This document shows, in pieces, positions 10,079-19,577 of a stretch of DNA of 64,000 nt. Numbering within the stretch: the stretch's first letter is position 1; every line of letters starts with the position of its first letter. The DNA comes from Mediterranea massiliensis (GTDB taxonomy: Bacteria; Bacteroidota; Bacteroidia; Bacteroidales; Bacteroidaceae), in contig CATXSD010000002.1 of assembly GCA_958402075.1 (NCBI GenBank), positions 8,273 through 72,272 of the forward strand. Reading direction: 5' to 3'. The translations under genes were made by a program, and so were the position numbers. Below the pieces are notes generated by a model. It did no database searches and was not told where the DNA came from. It saw nothing but the letters and a program-made list of their open reading frames with translations.

Positions 10079-11178
10079 AACTTGATATATATTTTCTTCT
10101 TATACAACGGATAACCGGCAGCTGCCATCAAGCCGACAAACAACAGGGAATAGACGGCAGAGGCCAGATAAGGATTGGCTACCAGCGAGTGGATGGCCTC
10201 ATAGATGGGAGGTTTGATGCCTGTAGCCCCGATAACGATGGCCAGCACCTCGCTCAGCACATAGAGGAACAACGGATTCACCCCGAACACTTCAAAGCAA
10301 CGGCACCAGTTCCGTTTACCTTTAAAATCGATGAAATACATCAGTGTAGCCTGCAACATGGCAGCCAGTCCGCAGGTGGTCAGAGCAAACGTGGGCGACC
10401 AAATGCGCTTGTTCAACGGCAAAGCCTCCGTCAGCAGGAAGCCGACCGACATCAGCAGGAAGCCGGTCACAAACAAGCCGACAATCTTCTTGTCCAACGT
10501 ATCAGCCTCCATAATCAGACGCCCGCAACAAAAGCCTATCAGGGTATGGGCAATGGAAGGCAAGGTACTGAACAGACCTTCGGGATCGATGGGACTCTTC
10601 AGATACAAATGGTCGGCACCCAACACGGTACGGTCGATGACCGAAAGCAGGTTGGTCTCGTCGGGAGCGTACCCGTTGGCCGACAACAGGAATATGCCAT
10701 AGCCGGCCAATATGACGCCAGCCAGCCAGCCCAGCCATTTATGAGGCATGTACAGAGCCAGAAAAGAGGCCGCACAATAACAAAGAGCAATGCGCTGCAA
10801 GACACCTGTCAACCTCAGATGAGCAAAAGGGAAGAAATCACCCTTACAAATATATTCGAACCAATGGATGGCAATGCCTATCAGCAATATCAGCAAGGTA
10901 CGTTTCAAGATTTTCCGAACAACTGGTCCCGACGGTTCAAAACGAAACTTGCGAAGCGCGATATAGGTGGAAATACCCATGATGAACAGGAAGAAAGGAA
11001 ATACCAGGTCGCAAGGTGTCATACCATTCCAGGCCGAGTGGCGCAGCGAATCGTATGACAGGGGGCCTCCCGCATTGTTCACTACAATCATGCCAGCCAC
11101 GGTAATGCCCCGCAAGACATCGAGCGACAACAATCTCTTCTTGGCCAATACTTCAGTCATGGTTCCTTCCTTCTTCAT
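10075..11178 (-). CDS. HGSNAT-like (DUF5009/NagX-type) transmembrane acetyl-CoA:alpha-glucosaminide N-acetyltransferase homologue
   Basis: RLLSLDVLRG, HSAWNGMTPCDLVFPFFLFIMG, GVLQRIA, DPEG, PLNKRIWS; many TM segments; start set at 11178 because of the TAATG overlap with the GH89 stop. Confidence 0.9.
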   Translation of the reverse strand: MKKEGTMTEVLAKKRLLSLDVLRGITVAGMIVVNNAGGPLSYDSLRHSAWNGMTPCDLVFPFFLFIMGISTYIALRKFRFEPSGPVVRKILKRTLLILLIGIAIHWFEYICKGDFFPFAHLRLTGVLQRIALCYCAASFLALYMPHKWLGWLAGVILAGYGIFLLSANGYAPDETNLLSVIDRTVLGADHLYLKSPIDPEGLFSTLPSIAHTLIGFCCGRLIMEADTLDKKIVGLFVTGFLLMSVGFLLTEALPLNKRIWSPTFALTTCGLAAMLQATLMYFIDFKGKRNWCRCFEVFGVNPLFLYVLSEVLAIVIGATGIKPPIYEAIHSLVANPYLASAVYSLLFVGLMAAAGYPLYKKKIYIKL

Positions 11179-13343
11179 TAGTCGTTCAATACCAGTTTGA
11201 TAGCCTTCTTCGCCATTTCGATGCAATCGCCTTCAGGCTCGGCCGTATAAGGATTCTTGGCCAACGTCCAAGGTTCTTCCATGGCATAATAATCGAGCTT
11301 CACTTCGGGCTTGCCGTCCAGCTGGTCCTGCAACGTCTGCCAATAGGCTGCCCAGCGCTTGTAATAGAAATCGCGCAGTATACCGTTCCATTCCTTGTGG
11401 GCATAGTCGCGCAAGCCACCGTCGTCGGCACAGGTGCGGTTGCCCCAGGTCGTAATCTGTACACGGGCATTCCACTCATAGAGGTCCTTCTCTTCGGGAG
11501 TAGTTCCCAGCTTGCGGGCCTGCTGTATCCAGCGGCCTACACGGAACTCGCTACGGGTAGCCAGCAGGCTGTCCTGCATCAACAACAGATCGAGGAAGCG
11601 TTTGGAGTCACGGGCAAAGCTCTTCTTGTCGAAGCTCTTGAAATCGGCCACCGTACGGTTGTAGACGATACGTGCCTCATCGGAAATGGACTGGCGGACG
11701 ATATCGACCAAATCGTACTCAAAATTATTGTTGCCCCGATACTTGTCGGCCACTTCCACCATCAGGGCAGCCGCCTGGGCAGTGGTGGTGGGATCATAAT
11801 AGTTCTGCATCTTCGACCAGCTGCTGGCCTGGAAATTGTTCAGTGTGGGGCGTCCACAGAAGATGGACTCGTGAGGTCCCTGCTGGTTGTTGCCGAAAGG
11901 ACAATTATAAATGCCGTTGGCAAGAATGGTCCACGCCTGCTCAATCTTGGCATCGCGCACGCCATAGCGGGCAAAGAGGTAATCCTTGAGCCAAGCTTCC
12001 TTGGTAAACTTCTCGGGACGCCAAGGCAGTTCGCACATCAACTCGAACATTACCGGATTGTTCTCCGAGCCTTCCATCGTCAGGCCGATACCCTTCAGAT
12101 GAGCAGCCAGGGGATTGTTCTTGGTCAGATAGAAGTTATTCAGCAACTGGTCCATACGGCCATGCAGACCAACATTACCACCGAAGTTCTCGAGCATACA
12201 GAACAGCCAGTCGTGCTGTTCGTATCCGTTGTCGCGCTTCCAGATGGAGGGAATGCCCCACATAGGACGGCATTCGCTGAAGAGGTCAAGTATCAGCAGA
12301 TCACCGTTCTTCAGGTTCTTCATCATTTCGGGACGCGGATTTTCCGTCCATCCCTGTACCACCCAAACGGCCTTCGGGTTCACCTTTTTCATTTCGGCCA
12401 TCACCGCCTTGCCGGCCGCGTCAAAGTCCACCTCATCGGCATTCTCCAATTCGTGGAAGGGGTCCATCGAATAATAGTCGGCCTTACCGAAAAGTTTCTG
12501 CTGCTCACTATAATAAAGAGAAGCGATTTCGCTGTAGCGAGGATCGGTAGGCTGCAGGAAGGCAGGACGGACAAAGCCGTTCCACAATTCCGGCTTTTCG
12601 ATATCCAGACCCAGCTTCTCATCGGCATCATGGGGTACCATGCCGCTATAACCGGGGAAGACCGGCTTGATGCCGTATTCCTTCATCCGCTTCAGGATTT
12701 TCTTCTGCAAGGCTTCCTGCTGGGCATACCAACTGTCGGGATTGGGACCGCCCCAACCTTCCAGGTTGTTCATGGCCCACCAGGCCAGGAAAGCAGGACC
12801 GGCGATGAAACGGTTCACTTCGTCGCTGCTATAACCCAGCTTCAACAGCATGTTACGCCACACGCATTCCATGCCGACAGCAGCGAGCGGCAGGTTGATG
12901 CCATGCAAAGCCATCCAGTCGATTTCCTTCTCCCAACGCTCCCAATCCCAGAACGCCATGGTATAGGAATAAGTACAATAATTGAAATCGTAACGCAAAC
13001 GCAGGTCTGTCTCCTTACGCAGGGGTTGGCTGACCGGCGGAAGCACATCGGGCAACTTGGCCTGCATGCCGTTCCAAGACAACTGGATACCGGCGTAATA
13101 TTTCAGATACCAGTTAAGTCCGGTTGCGATATTGACATAGGTATTGCCGCGCACCACGACCTTCGAACCTTTCTGATCCAGTTCAAAGAAGTCCTTGTCG
13201 CCTTTCTTCAACTCGATGACAAACTTACGAGAAGCACCTTTGTCTATCCGCTCCAACAAGCCGTCTATCGGATTGGCCCAAGCGGCACCCATCGAAATAA
13301 AAAACAATAGAATAGTAAAAATAAACCGTCTCTTTCTCTTCAT
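11178..13343 (-). CDS. GH89 alpha-N-acetylglucosaminidase, secreted
   Basis: NYCTYSYTMAFWDWERWEKEIDWMALHGIN, NLEGWGGP, DPFHE and TMEG (catalytic Glu positions), NARVQITTWG, DYAHKEWNG; start set at MKRKRR (signal peptide) downstream of a -7 box. Confidence 0.95.
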   Translation of the reverse strand: MKRKRRFIFTILLFFISMGAAWANPIDGLLERIDKGASRKFVIELKKGDKDFFELDQKGSKVVVRGNTYVNIATGLNWYLKYYAGIQLSWNGMQAKLPDVLPPVSQPLRKETDLRLRYDFNYCTYSYTMAFWDWERWEKEIDWMALHGINLPLAAVGMECVWRNMLLKLGYSSDEVNRFIAGPAFLAWWAMNNLEGWGGPNPDSWYAQQEALQKKILKRMKEYGIKPVFPGYSGMVPHDADEKLGLDIEKPELWNGFVRPAFLQPTDPRYSEIASLYYSEQQKLFGKADYYSMDPFHELENADEVDFDAAGKAVMAEMKKVNPKAVWVVQGWTENPRPEMMKNLKNGDLLILDLFSECRPMWGIPSIWKRDNGYEQHDWLFCMLENFGGNVGLHGRMDQLLNNFYLTKNNPLAAHLKGIGLTMEGSENNPVMFELMCELPWRPEKFTKEAWLKDYLFARYGVRDAKIEQAWTILANGIYNCPFGNNQQGPHESIFCGRPTLNNFQASSWSKMQNYYDPTTTAQAAALMVEVADKYRGNNNFEYDLVDIVRQSISDEARIVYNRTVADFKSFDKKSFARDSKRFLDLLLMQDSLLATRSEFRVGRWIQQARKLGTTPEEKDLYEWNARVQITTWGNRTCADDGGLRDYAHKEWNGILRDFYYKRWAAYWQTLQDQLDGKPEVKLDYYAMEEPWTLAKNPYTAEPEGDCIEMAKKAIKLVLND

Positions 13344-13370
13344 GATATTATTAAAAAAGTTTCTACGCAA

Positions 13371-13378
13371 CAAAAGTA
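13371..13378 (-). promoter_or_regulatory. Bacteroidetes sigma-A -7 box for the GH89 operon
   Basis: TACTTTTG on minus strand (TAnnTTTG) 27 bp upstream of the ATG; no clear -33 box. Confidence 0.5.
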
Positions 13379-13452
13379 AGCACTTTCCTCTCCCTACAAG
13401 TGGAAAATAGAAAACTTTGGGCAGAATATAGTGAAGTGCGGACGGAATACTC

Positions 13453-16400
13453 CTACTTTTTCTTAAATACCTCGCTCGGCAGATAGCCAAAGAACTCCTT
13501 GAAACATTTCGTGAAATACTTGGGATCGTTGAAGCCTACTGCATAAGCAACTTCCGAAACATTGGCACTGCCATTCCCTTCCTGCAACATTCGCTGGGCC
13601 ACATTCAACCGATAGCTTTTCATGAACTGGCCAATGGACTGACCCGCCAAGGCCTGCATTTTGCTGTTCACCAACGTCTTGCTATACCCCATGTCGCGAA
13701 CGAAACACTCCAGATTATATTCCGAATCGGCAAAGTGCTGCTTCATCAGGCCGAGAGCCTTCGATATGAACTGCTGGTCGCGGGATTCCTCCTTGATGTG
13801 CAGTTCACCCACATCGTTACTAACCGAGAAACGCTTCCGATACTGATCCCTCAGTTTCAGCATATTGCGTATGCGGAGCAAGAGAATTTCTTCATCGAAG
13901 GGCTTGCACAGATACTCGTCGACCCCAATTTCAAAACTTTTCTTTTCCTGCACCTGGGAAGAAATGGCTGTCAGCATCAGGATGGGGATGTGAGAAGTAG
14001 ACAGATTTTCCTTGATCCGACGCGACAGTTCCATACCGTCCATCACCGGCATCATCAGGTCACTGACAATCAAATCGACATGATGCTTCTGCACCACCTG
14101 CAAGGCTTCCTCACCATTGGAGGCTTCCAGCAGCCGATAGTCTTTGGAAAGTAAAGAAGCGATATAGGCACGCATGTCGGCGTTGTCTTCCACCACCAGA
14201 ATGTTGGCCCGCCTCGCCCCGTCTTCTTCCATCTTGGACGGAAGAACTTCTGCCCCACCGGCCACCGCCGAGGCTTCGCTGACATCGGGTTCGCATTCGC
14301 AGGCCAACCAAGGCATCAGGATGCGGAAAGAGGCTCCTTTCCCATGATTGTTGCGCGCATAGACGCTGCCTCCGTGCAACTCCACAATCCGTCGGCACAG
14401 GAACAGTCCGATGCCGGTACCGCTTTGTCCGAACACTGGATGTGCATCGCTCTTCTTCGACTGGAAGAAACGGTCGAAAATGCGATCCAGGTCACCTTCC
14501 ACAATACCATACCCCGTATCGCAGACATCGATATACAACTGACGACCGCCCTCTTCACCGCCTGCCAGCGAAGCGGCATAGACACGGATATATCCGTCGT
14601 CGGGGGTGAACTTGATGGCATTGGCTACCAGGTTGACCAATGCTTTCCGCATGTAAGCCGTATCCAGAAGGACACAAGGATTTGCCATGTGGCAATACAG
14701 GCGGATGTCGATGCCCCGTTCCCTGGCGAAGACCTGGAAAGGCAAGAGCAATTCGGTGAGGAACTTTACCAGATGACAAGGCCTGCGGTCCAAAGCCACC
14801 TTATCCATGTCCAACTTGCGGAAATCCATCAGCTCGTTCACCAGCGAGAGCAGGTAGCTCGAATTGCGCTCGGCAATCTGAAGCTGGGTGCGCACATCCT
14901 CGTCCTGCACTTCCTTCAACGCATGCTCTATCGGCCCGTGAATCAGCGTGACTGGGGTACGGAACTCGTGTGTAATGTTGGTAAAGAAAGCAATCTTCTC
15001 TTCAGTAACCTCCTTGACATGCTGGGCCATTACTTCCAGCTGCTTGTTCTGAACGGCCAGTTCCTGTGTGCGTTCTTCTACCTTCTTCTCCAGAATGGCC
15101 CGTTGCCGACGATAACGGTTAATCTTCCGCCGGTACAAGATCCATACACCGACACATCCCAATGCCAGCAGTAACAGATAGAACCATACTGACTTATAGA
15201 AATAGGGGACAATGCGAACTTGCACCTCGGTCAGCTGGTCCGACCAGCGTCCCGTCTCGTCGGTAGCCCGAATCTGAAGGACATAGCTGCCGGGAGGGAC
15301 GGCCGTATATCGCACGAGATTATCGCCCGGCTTCGTTTCGTTCCACTCTTCTTCGTATCCTTTCATGCGGTAAGCAAAGCGAATACGGGTATTGTTACCA
15401 TAATTGCACGTAGTCAGTTCCAGCGTGAAACGGCTGTCCTTCTCGTGCAGGGTGATGGACGAAGCCTGCTGGATGCTCTCGTCCAGATAATCGCCACTGG
15501 AAGGATAAACGGCATTGCCGGCTATCGTAAGCGATGACAACTTCACCACTGGCTTCACACCGGCCATGGCCTTGTCTTCGGCATGTACCACCAGCATGCC
15601 GGCATTGGTAGCCAGGAAAATCAGGTCGCGTTTCGGCGAGTAGTGGATGCCGTTCCAATAGAATTGGGTGAAAGGCAGACCGTCGTCCCGACTAAAGTTG
15701 GCAAATGTCATGGTGCCTACATCCAGTTTGGAAAGGCCGTCGTCGGTCACCAGCCACAGATGCCCCTTCCCGTCCGAAGCCATTCCCATAACAGTATTGT
15801 CAGCCAAGCCGTCGCGGACAGTATAGTTGGCAAAACGGAAACGACCGTCCTCATCGTCCGTCAGGCGGTACAACCCACTACCGTTTCCACCCAGCCAAAG
15901 GGTGCCGTGTTCATCCTCGAGGATACACGAAATTTTCTCCATCTTCATCGAAGACGGATCGTCCAACTTGTATTTCAGATAAGTGTATTTGAAGCGTCTG
16001 TGCGAACGGGCAAACGACAACAAATCCACCACGACCACACCTTGGGTCGTTCCTATCCACAGGCGTTTCTTGCGGTCTACCGTCAGGGCATAAATTGCCT
16101 CAAACTCATTGTCCAGCCCGTCGAACAGTACCCGCGTAAACGTACCCTTCGCCTTGTTGAAAAACAGTACCCCACGGGTAGAGCCAAACCAAATGCCTCC
16201 GTTCAGCCGGTCTTCACAGGCGCTGTTGATGAAATCGCCCTCCAGCGTCGGAATCTCCTCGCGTGTATAACGCTTGAAGTATCTGTTACCCGGCACATTC
16301 AGGTCGAACTCATTGATGCCGACGCCCCAGGTATAAGCCCAGAGATGCCGGTCCGAATCCATCAACAGGCCGTTAATGGTATTGTTACTGAGGGAGGTGA

Positions 16401-17625
16401 AATCGCCCGGAGAGAACGAATAGTGCTCGCACGTATTCTCCTCGGGATTCCACTGCACCAGTCCGTGTTCCACCACCCCCAACCAAAGATGTCCCAGTGA
16501 ATCTTCGGCTATGGCATTGACGGGCGACTTGACACTCTGGTTCATCGTCGGACAGGTCCAGAACTCCGTCTGCAAACGTTTGGGTGACAGCAGGTTCACG
16601 CCACCTGTTTCCGTTCCCAACCAAATGGTTTCGCCCATCGTACAAATGCAATTGATGGCATTGCAGTTGAGGGTGACCGCATCTTGCGAGCCGCTCTGGC
16701 GGATAAAGGAGAAGGTATCGGTGTCGCGATGATACACGTTCACCCCGTTCAGTGTCGATACAATCAGCGAGCCGCGCTCCGTCAGCTTGATGTCAGTAAT
16801 ATACGCCTGGCTCAGCATGCCGGCCCGATGGGTGGAATAGCGATAGCGTTTCAGCTCCTCGGTCTTGCCGTTATACTTGAACAGCCCCCGGTTGGTGCCT
16901 ATCCACAGCCAGTCGCCGTCCGTCTGCATGCAGGATATCCGCCAGTCTTCCGAATAAGGGGTCAGTCGGCCGGACAAGGGAGAAGCCTGAAGGCTATGTT
17001 CCCCTTTCTTCTTCAACACACAAATCCGATTGTCCAGTCCGGCACAAATTTCTTGCCCGACACCTTCCATGGCCCGCACGGGCGACTGACACGACTTTTC
17101 CAGACAATAATATCCTCGGATATTTCCTTTTTTATCCAGCTCAATGCACCACACATTGTTGTTACAAGAAATCCACATGTCGCCCGACTCGTCTTTATAA
17201 ATCCGATGGATGTACCCGCCGGACAACGCTCCCAACTCTTCTCCGGCATCGGCAAACAGACTCTCCTTGGTATACGTATCCAGATTGATAATTTCCAACC
17301 CGCCTTCCGACCCTACCCACAGCCGCTTGAAGTTGTCCTCACACAACGTATGCACGAAGTCGTTCTTCAGCCCCAGCGGAGCCGTCTGCGAATGGAAGGC
17401 CGTCACCCGATAGCCGTCGTAGCGTCCGATACCATTATGCGTAGCCACCCAAATAAACCCGTCGGAATCGCAGATAATGTCATCCACAAAGCTATGGGGC
17501 ATTCCTGCCGTTTCGGTGATATAATAAAAATTGTACTGGCTGAAAAAGCGGTCCTCGCTTTGCGCAAGAAGGACCTGCCGACCAAGCAGCAGGACAAGGG
17601 AAAGAAGCAGCAGTCGTAGTTTCAT
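13453..17625 (-). CDS. Hybrid two-component system sensor-regulator (beta-propeller, Y_Y_Y, His kinase, receiver, AraC HTH)
   Basis: Reg_prop repeats (GIGRYDG, LWIGT), TM helix, H-box THEFRTP, GTGIGL, receiver [10 protein letters not shown], Ara[14 protein letters not shown]. Confidence 0.97.
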   Translation of the reverse strand: MKLRLLLLSLVLLLGRQVLLAQSEDRFFSQYNFYYITETAGMPHSFVDDIICDSDGFIWVATHNGIGRYDGYRVTAFHSQTAPLGLKNDFVHTLCEDNFKRLWVGSEGGLEIINLDTYTKESLFADAGEELGALSGGYIHRIYKDESGDMWISCNNNVWCIELDKKGNIRGYYCLEKSCQSPVRAMEGVGQEICAGLDNRICVLKKKGEHSLQASPLSGRLTPYSEDWRISCMQTDGDWLWIGTNRGLFKYNGKTEELKRYRYSTHRAGMLSQAYITDIKLTERGSLIVSTLNGVNVYHRDTDTFSFIRQSGSQDAVTLNCNAINCICTMGETIWLGTETGGVNLLSPKRLQTEFWTCPTMNQSVKSPVNAIAEDSLGHLWLGVVEHGLVQWNPEENTCEHYSFSPGDFTSLSNNTINGLLMDSDRHLWAYTWGVGINEFDLNVPGNRYFKRYTREEIPTLEGDFINSACEDRLNGGIWFGSTRGVLFFNKAKGTFTRVLFDGLDNEFEAIYALTVDRKKRLWIGTTQGVVVVDLLSFARSHRRFKYTYLKYKLDDPSSMKMEKISCILEDEHGTLWLGGNGSGLYRLTDDEDGRFRFANYTVRDGLADNTVMGMASDGKGHLWLVTDDGLSKLDVGTMTFANFSRDDGLPFTQFYWNGIHYSPKRDLIFLATNAGMLVVHAEDKAMAGVKPVVKLSSLTIAGNAVYPSSGDYLDESIQQASSITLHEKDSRFTLELTTCNYGNNTRIRFAYRMKGYEEEWNETKPGDNLVRYTAVPPGSYVLQIRATDETGRWSDQLTEVQVRIVPYFYKSVWFYLLLLALGCVGVWILYRRKINRYRRQRAILEKKVEERTQELAVQNKQLEVMAQHVKEVTEEKIAFFTNITHEFRTPVTLIHGPIEHALKEVQDEDVRTQLQIAERNSSYLLSLVNELMDFRKLDMDKVALDRRPCHLVKFLTELLLPFQVFARERGIDIRLYCHMANPCVLLDTAYMRKALVNLVANAIKFTPDDGYIRVYAASLAGGEEGGRQLYIDVCDTGYGIVEGDLDRIFDRFFQSKKSDAHPVFGQSGTGIGLFLCRRIVELHGGSVYARNNHGKGASFRILMPWLACECEPDVSEASAVAGGAEVLPSKMEEDGARRANILVVEDNADMRAYIASLLSKDYRLLEASNGEEALQVVQKHHVDLIVSDLMMPVMDGMELSRRIKENLSTSHIPILMLTAISSQVQEKKSFEIGVDEYLCKPFDEEILLLRIRNMLKLRDQYRKRFSVSNDVGELHIKEESRDQQFISKALGLMKQHFADSEYNLECFVRDMGYSKTLVNSKMQALAGQSIGQFMKSYRLNVAQRMLQEGNGSANVSEVAYAVGFNDPKYFTKCFKEFFGYLPSEVFKKK

Positions 17626-18206
17626 GGTATCAGTCTATGATTCATTAATAACAATAAAAGAGGAAGATAGTCCTTCAAGCTCTGTGCCAAATGTTTTAGT
17701 GCCTGCTGAATGCGGTAATCCACCGTCTTAACCGACACATTCAGTTGTTCTGCTATATCTTTATAAGTCATATCTTTAAAACGATGCATAATAAAAGCTT
17801 CCCGATAGCTGTCGGGTAATTGCCAGATAGCCTCACGCAATCGATGGCTCAATTCATCCAATGCACACAAATCAGACTCTTCCAATACTCCTTCAACAAT
17901 ATCCTGATAGAAATGAGTATCCGCATTCAGTTTTACCTGTTCCTGTTCAATGCGGTTGAGGGCTTTTCTATAAACCATCTTCAACAGATATTTTATCAGC
18001 GAAGTCTGTACGACATCCTCTTCACGATGTTCCCAAAGCCACAGCATCGTGTCCTGCGCTATTTCTTCGGCACTTTCCAAAGAGACGAACCGTTTTCCGT
18101 ATGCACACAATAAAGGATAGTATTTCCTGAACAGTTCATCAAAAGCCTTGGCATCACCCTTTTGTAACTTATTCAGCAATAACATATCCCTACGTGTAAT
18201 TTCCAT
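17622..18206 (-). CDS. ECF-type RNA polymerase sigma-70 factor
   Basis: GDAKAFDELFRKYY, AEEIAQD, LPDSYREAFIMHRF, YKDIAEQLNVSVKTV; start 18206 or 18212; stop overlaps the HTCS start (ATGA). Confidence 0.95.
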   Translation of the reverse strand: MEITRRDMLLLNKLQKGDAKAFDELFRKYYPLLCAYGKRFVSLESAEEIAQDTMLWLWEHREEDVVQTSLIKYLLKMVYRKALNRIEQEQVKLNADTHFYQDIVEGVLEESDLCALDELSHRLREAIWQLPDSYREAFIMHRFKDMTYKDIAEQLNVSVKTVDYRIQQALKHLAQSLKDYLPLLLLLMNHRLIP

Positions 18207-18234
18207 AAGCATCGTTTCGCGAATATTCCGTTTG

Positions 18235-18242
18235 CAAAAATA
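18235..18242 (-). promoter_or_regulatory. Sigma-A -7 box for the ECF sigma gene (and possibly the HTCS)
   Basis: TATTTTTG on minus strand about 25 bp upstream of the start. Confidence 0.55.
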
Positions 18243-18401
18243 GCTTTTTCGATGAGAAAGTATGTTATTTCTCGGAGTTTTTTTATTTCTCCATTCATCA
18301 GAGATACCCATTTCTGTACCGAATAATTAATAAAGGTTAAAACAAACATTCCGTTTAGGAACTTTGTTTTTTCACCTGTCTCTTTATCAAAAGAATCATT
18401 T

Positions 18402-19421
18402 ATGAACGGACAACAGACAAATATTGAGCAACGATTGATTGAATACTACGAAGGCAAACTCGAAGGAGAGACCTGCAATGAGATTAAAGAGTGGATAGCT
18501 TCCTCCGAAGACAACCGAACGACCGCCCGTCGTATCTATTCACTACTGTTAGCCACAGATATACATCAGGTCCGCAAAGAAATTGACATTGAACAAGCAT
18601 TGCAAAAGGTTAAAGATAGAAAGATTGTACAAAAGGAAACCATCAGTTGGTGGAAATGGGGGCAGCGTGCCGCAGCCATCCTTTTCCTCCCGCTGGTCGG
18701 CCTTTTACTTTGGCAACAAAGCTTGATTCAACAGACAGAATCTATGGCAGAAATGCTTGAAATACATACCAATCCTGGCATGACCACCCGTTTCCAATTA
18801 CCGGACGGAACTTCCGTATGTTTAAATTCTGGATCTACCTTGAAATATCCTTCAAAATTTACTGAAGATACCCGTTCTGTACAACTGTCCGGCGAAGCAT
18901 ACTTTGAAGTAACCCCAAACAGGAAACAGCGCTTCATAGTTTACACTCCCGATCAATCTGCCGTGGAGGTTTACGGTACCCACTTTAATCTGGAAGCCTA
19001 TCCCGACCATCCTGAAATAACGACTACACTTACTGAAGGGAAAGTAGGCTTTCTCTACAAAGAAGAGGGAATCACAAAACGAGCCATGCTCGCCCCCGGC
19101 CAAAAGCTAATATATAATACTTCAACCCAACACTTATCCCACCACATAACCTCGGGACTTTCTGAGCTTTCGTGGACAGAAGGGAAAATCATTTTTGACA
19201 ACACACCCTTGTCCGAAGCTCTCCACATGTTGGGTAAGCGGTTTAATGTAGACTTCATCGTGAAAGACTCCAACTTGAACGAAAATCGATTTACCGGGAC
19301 TTTCACTACCCAACGCCTGGAAAAGATTTTGGAATATTTTGAAATTTCCTCCCACATCCGATGGAAATATTTAAATGATCCAGAAATTAATCAAGAGAAA
19401 ATACAGATAGAAATCTATTAA
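18402..19421 (+). CDS. FecR family anti-sigma factor
   Basis: Single TM (RAAAILFLPLVGLLLW), LPDGTSVCLNSGS, LSGEAYFEV, VYGTHFN; divergent from ECF sigma and upstream of SusC. Confidence 0.95.
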   Translation: MNGQQTNIEQRLIEYYEGKLEGETCNEIKEWIASSEDNRTTARRIYSLLLATDIHQVRKEIDIEQALQKVKDRKIVQKETISWWKWGQRAAAILFLPLVGLLLWQQSLIQQTESMAEMLEIHTNPGMTTRFQLPDGTSVCLNSGSTLKYPSKFTEDTRSVQLSGEAYFEVTPNRKQRFIVYTPDQSAVEVYGTHFNLEAYPDHPEITTTLTEGKVGFLYKEEGITKRAMLAPGQKLIYNTSTQHLSHHITSGLSELSWTEGKIIFDNTPLSEALHMLGKRFNVDFIVKDSNLNENRFTGTFTTQRLEKILEYFEISSHIRWKYLNDPEINQEKIQIEIY

Positions 19422-19481
19422 AACAGAACCCTATACATTAATTTATTAACAATAGCTTATGAAAGACAGAGATCCATAATC

Positions 19482-19567
19482 AAGAAAAACATACGGAAAA
19501 ATGCGCCAACATCTTTCCGTATGAAAAAAGTCCATGAGAAACAAACTTTATTTTTTCACTAAATTCA
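19482..19567 (-). ncRNA. Candidate cis-antisense sRNA against the susC leader (DonS-like); ends approximate
   Basis: Minus-strand promoter TTTG (19602-19599)-N20-TAACTTTG (19578-19571); hairpin catacggaaa 19490-19499 / tttccgtatg 19514-19523 followed on the minus strand by TTTTTCTT. Confidence 0.65.
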
Positions 19568-19577
19568 CCACAAAGTT

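Noticed and set aside
5023..17625. PUL 1 as a heparan-sulfate locus because of NAGLU and HGSNAT homologues
   Set aside because: No sulfatase, heparin lyase or GH88 is visible, and two alpha-mannosidases and a phosphatase would be unexplained; not fully excluded because the PUL is truncated
18358..18381. GGAACTT...GTCT as the ECF promoter of the anti-sigma gene
   Set aside because: The position fits, but the 13-nt spacer is short for that consensus and this sigma's specificity is unknown
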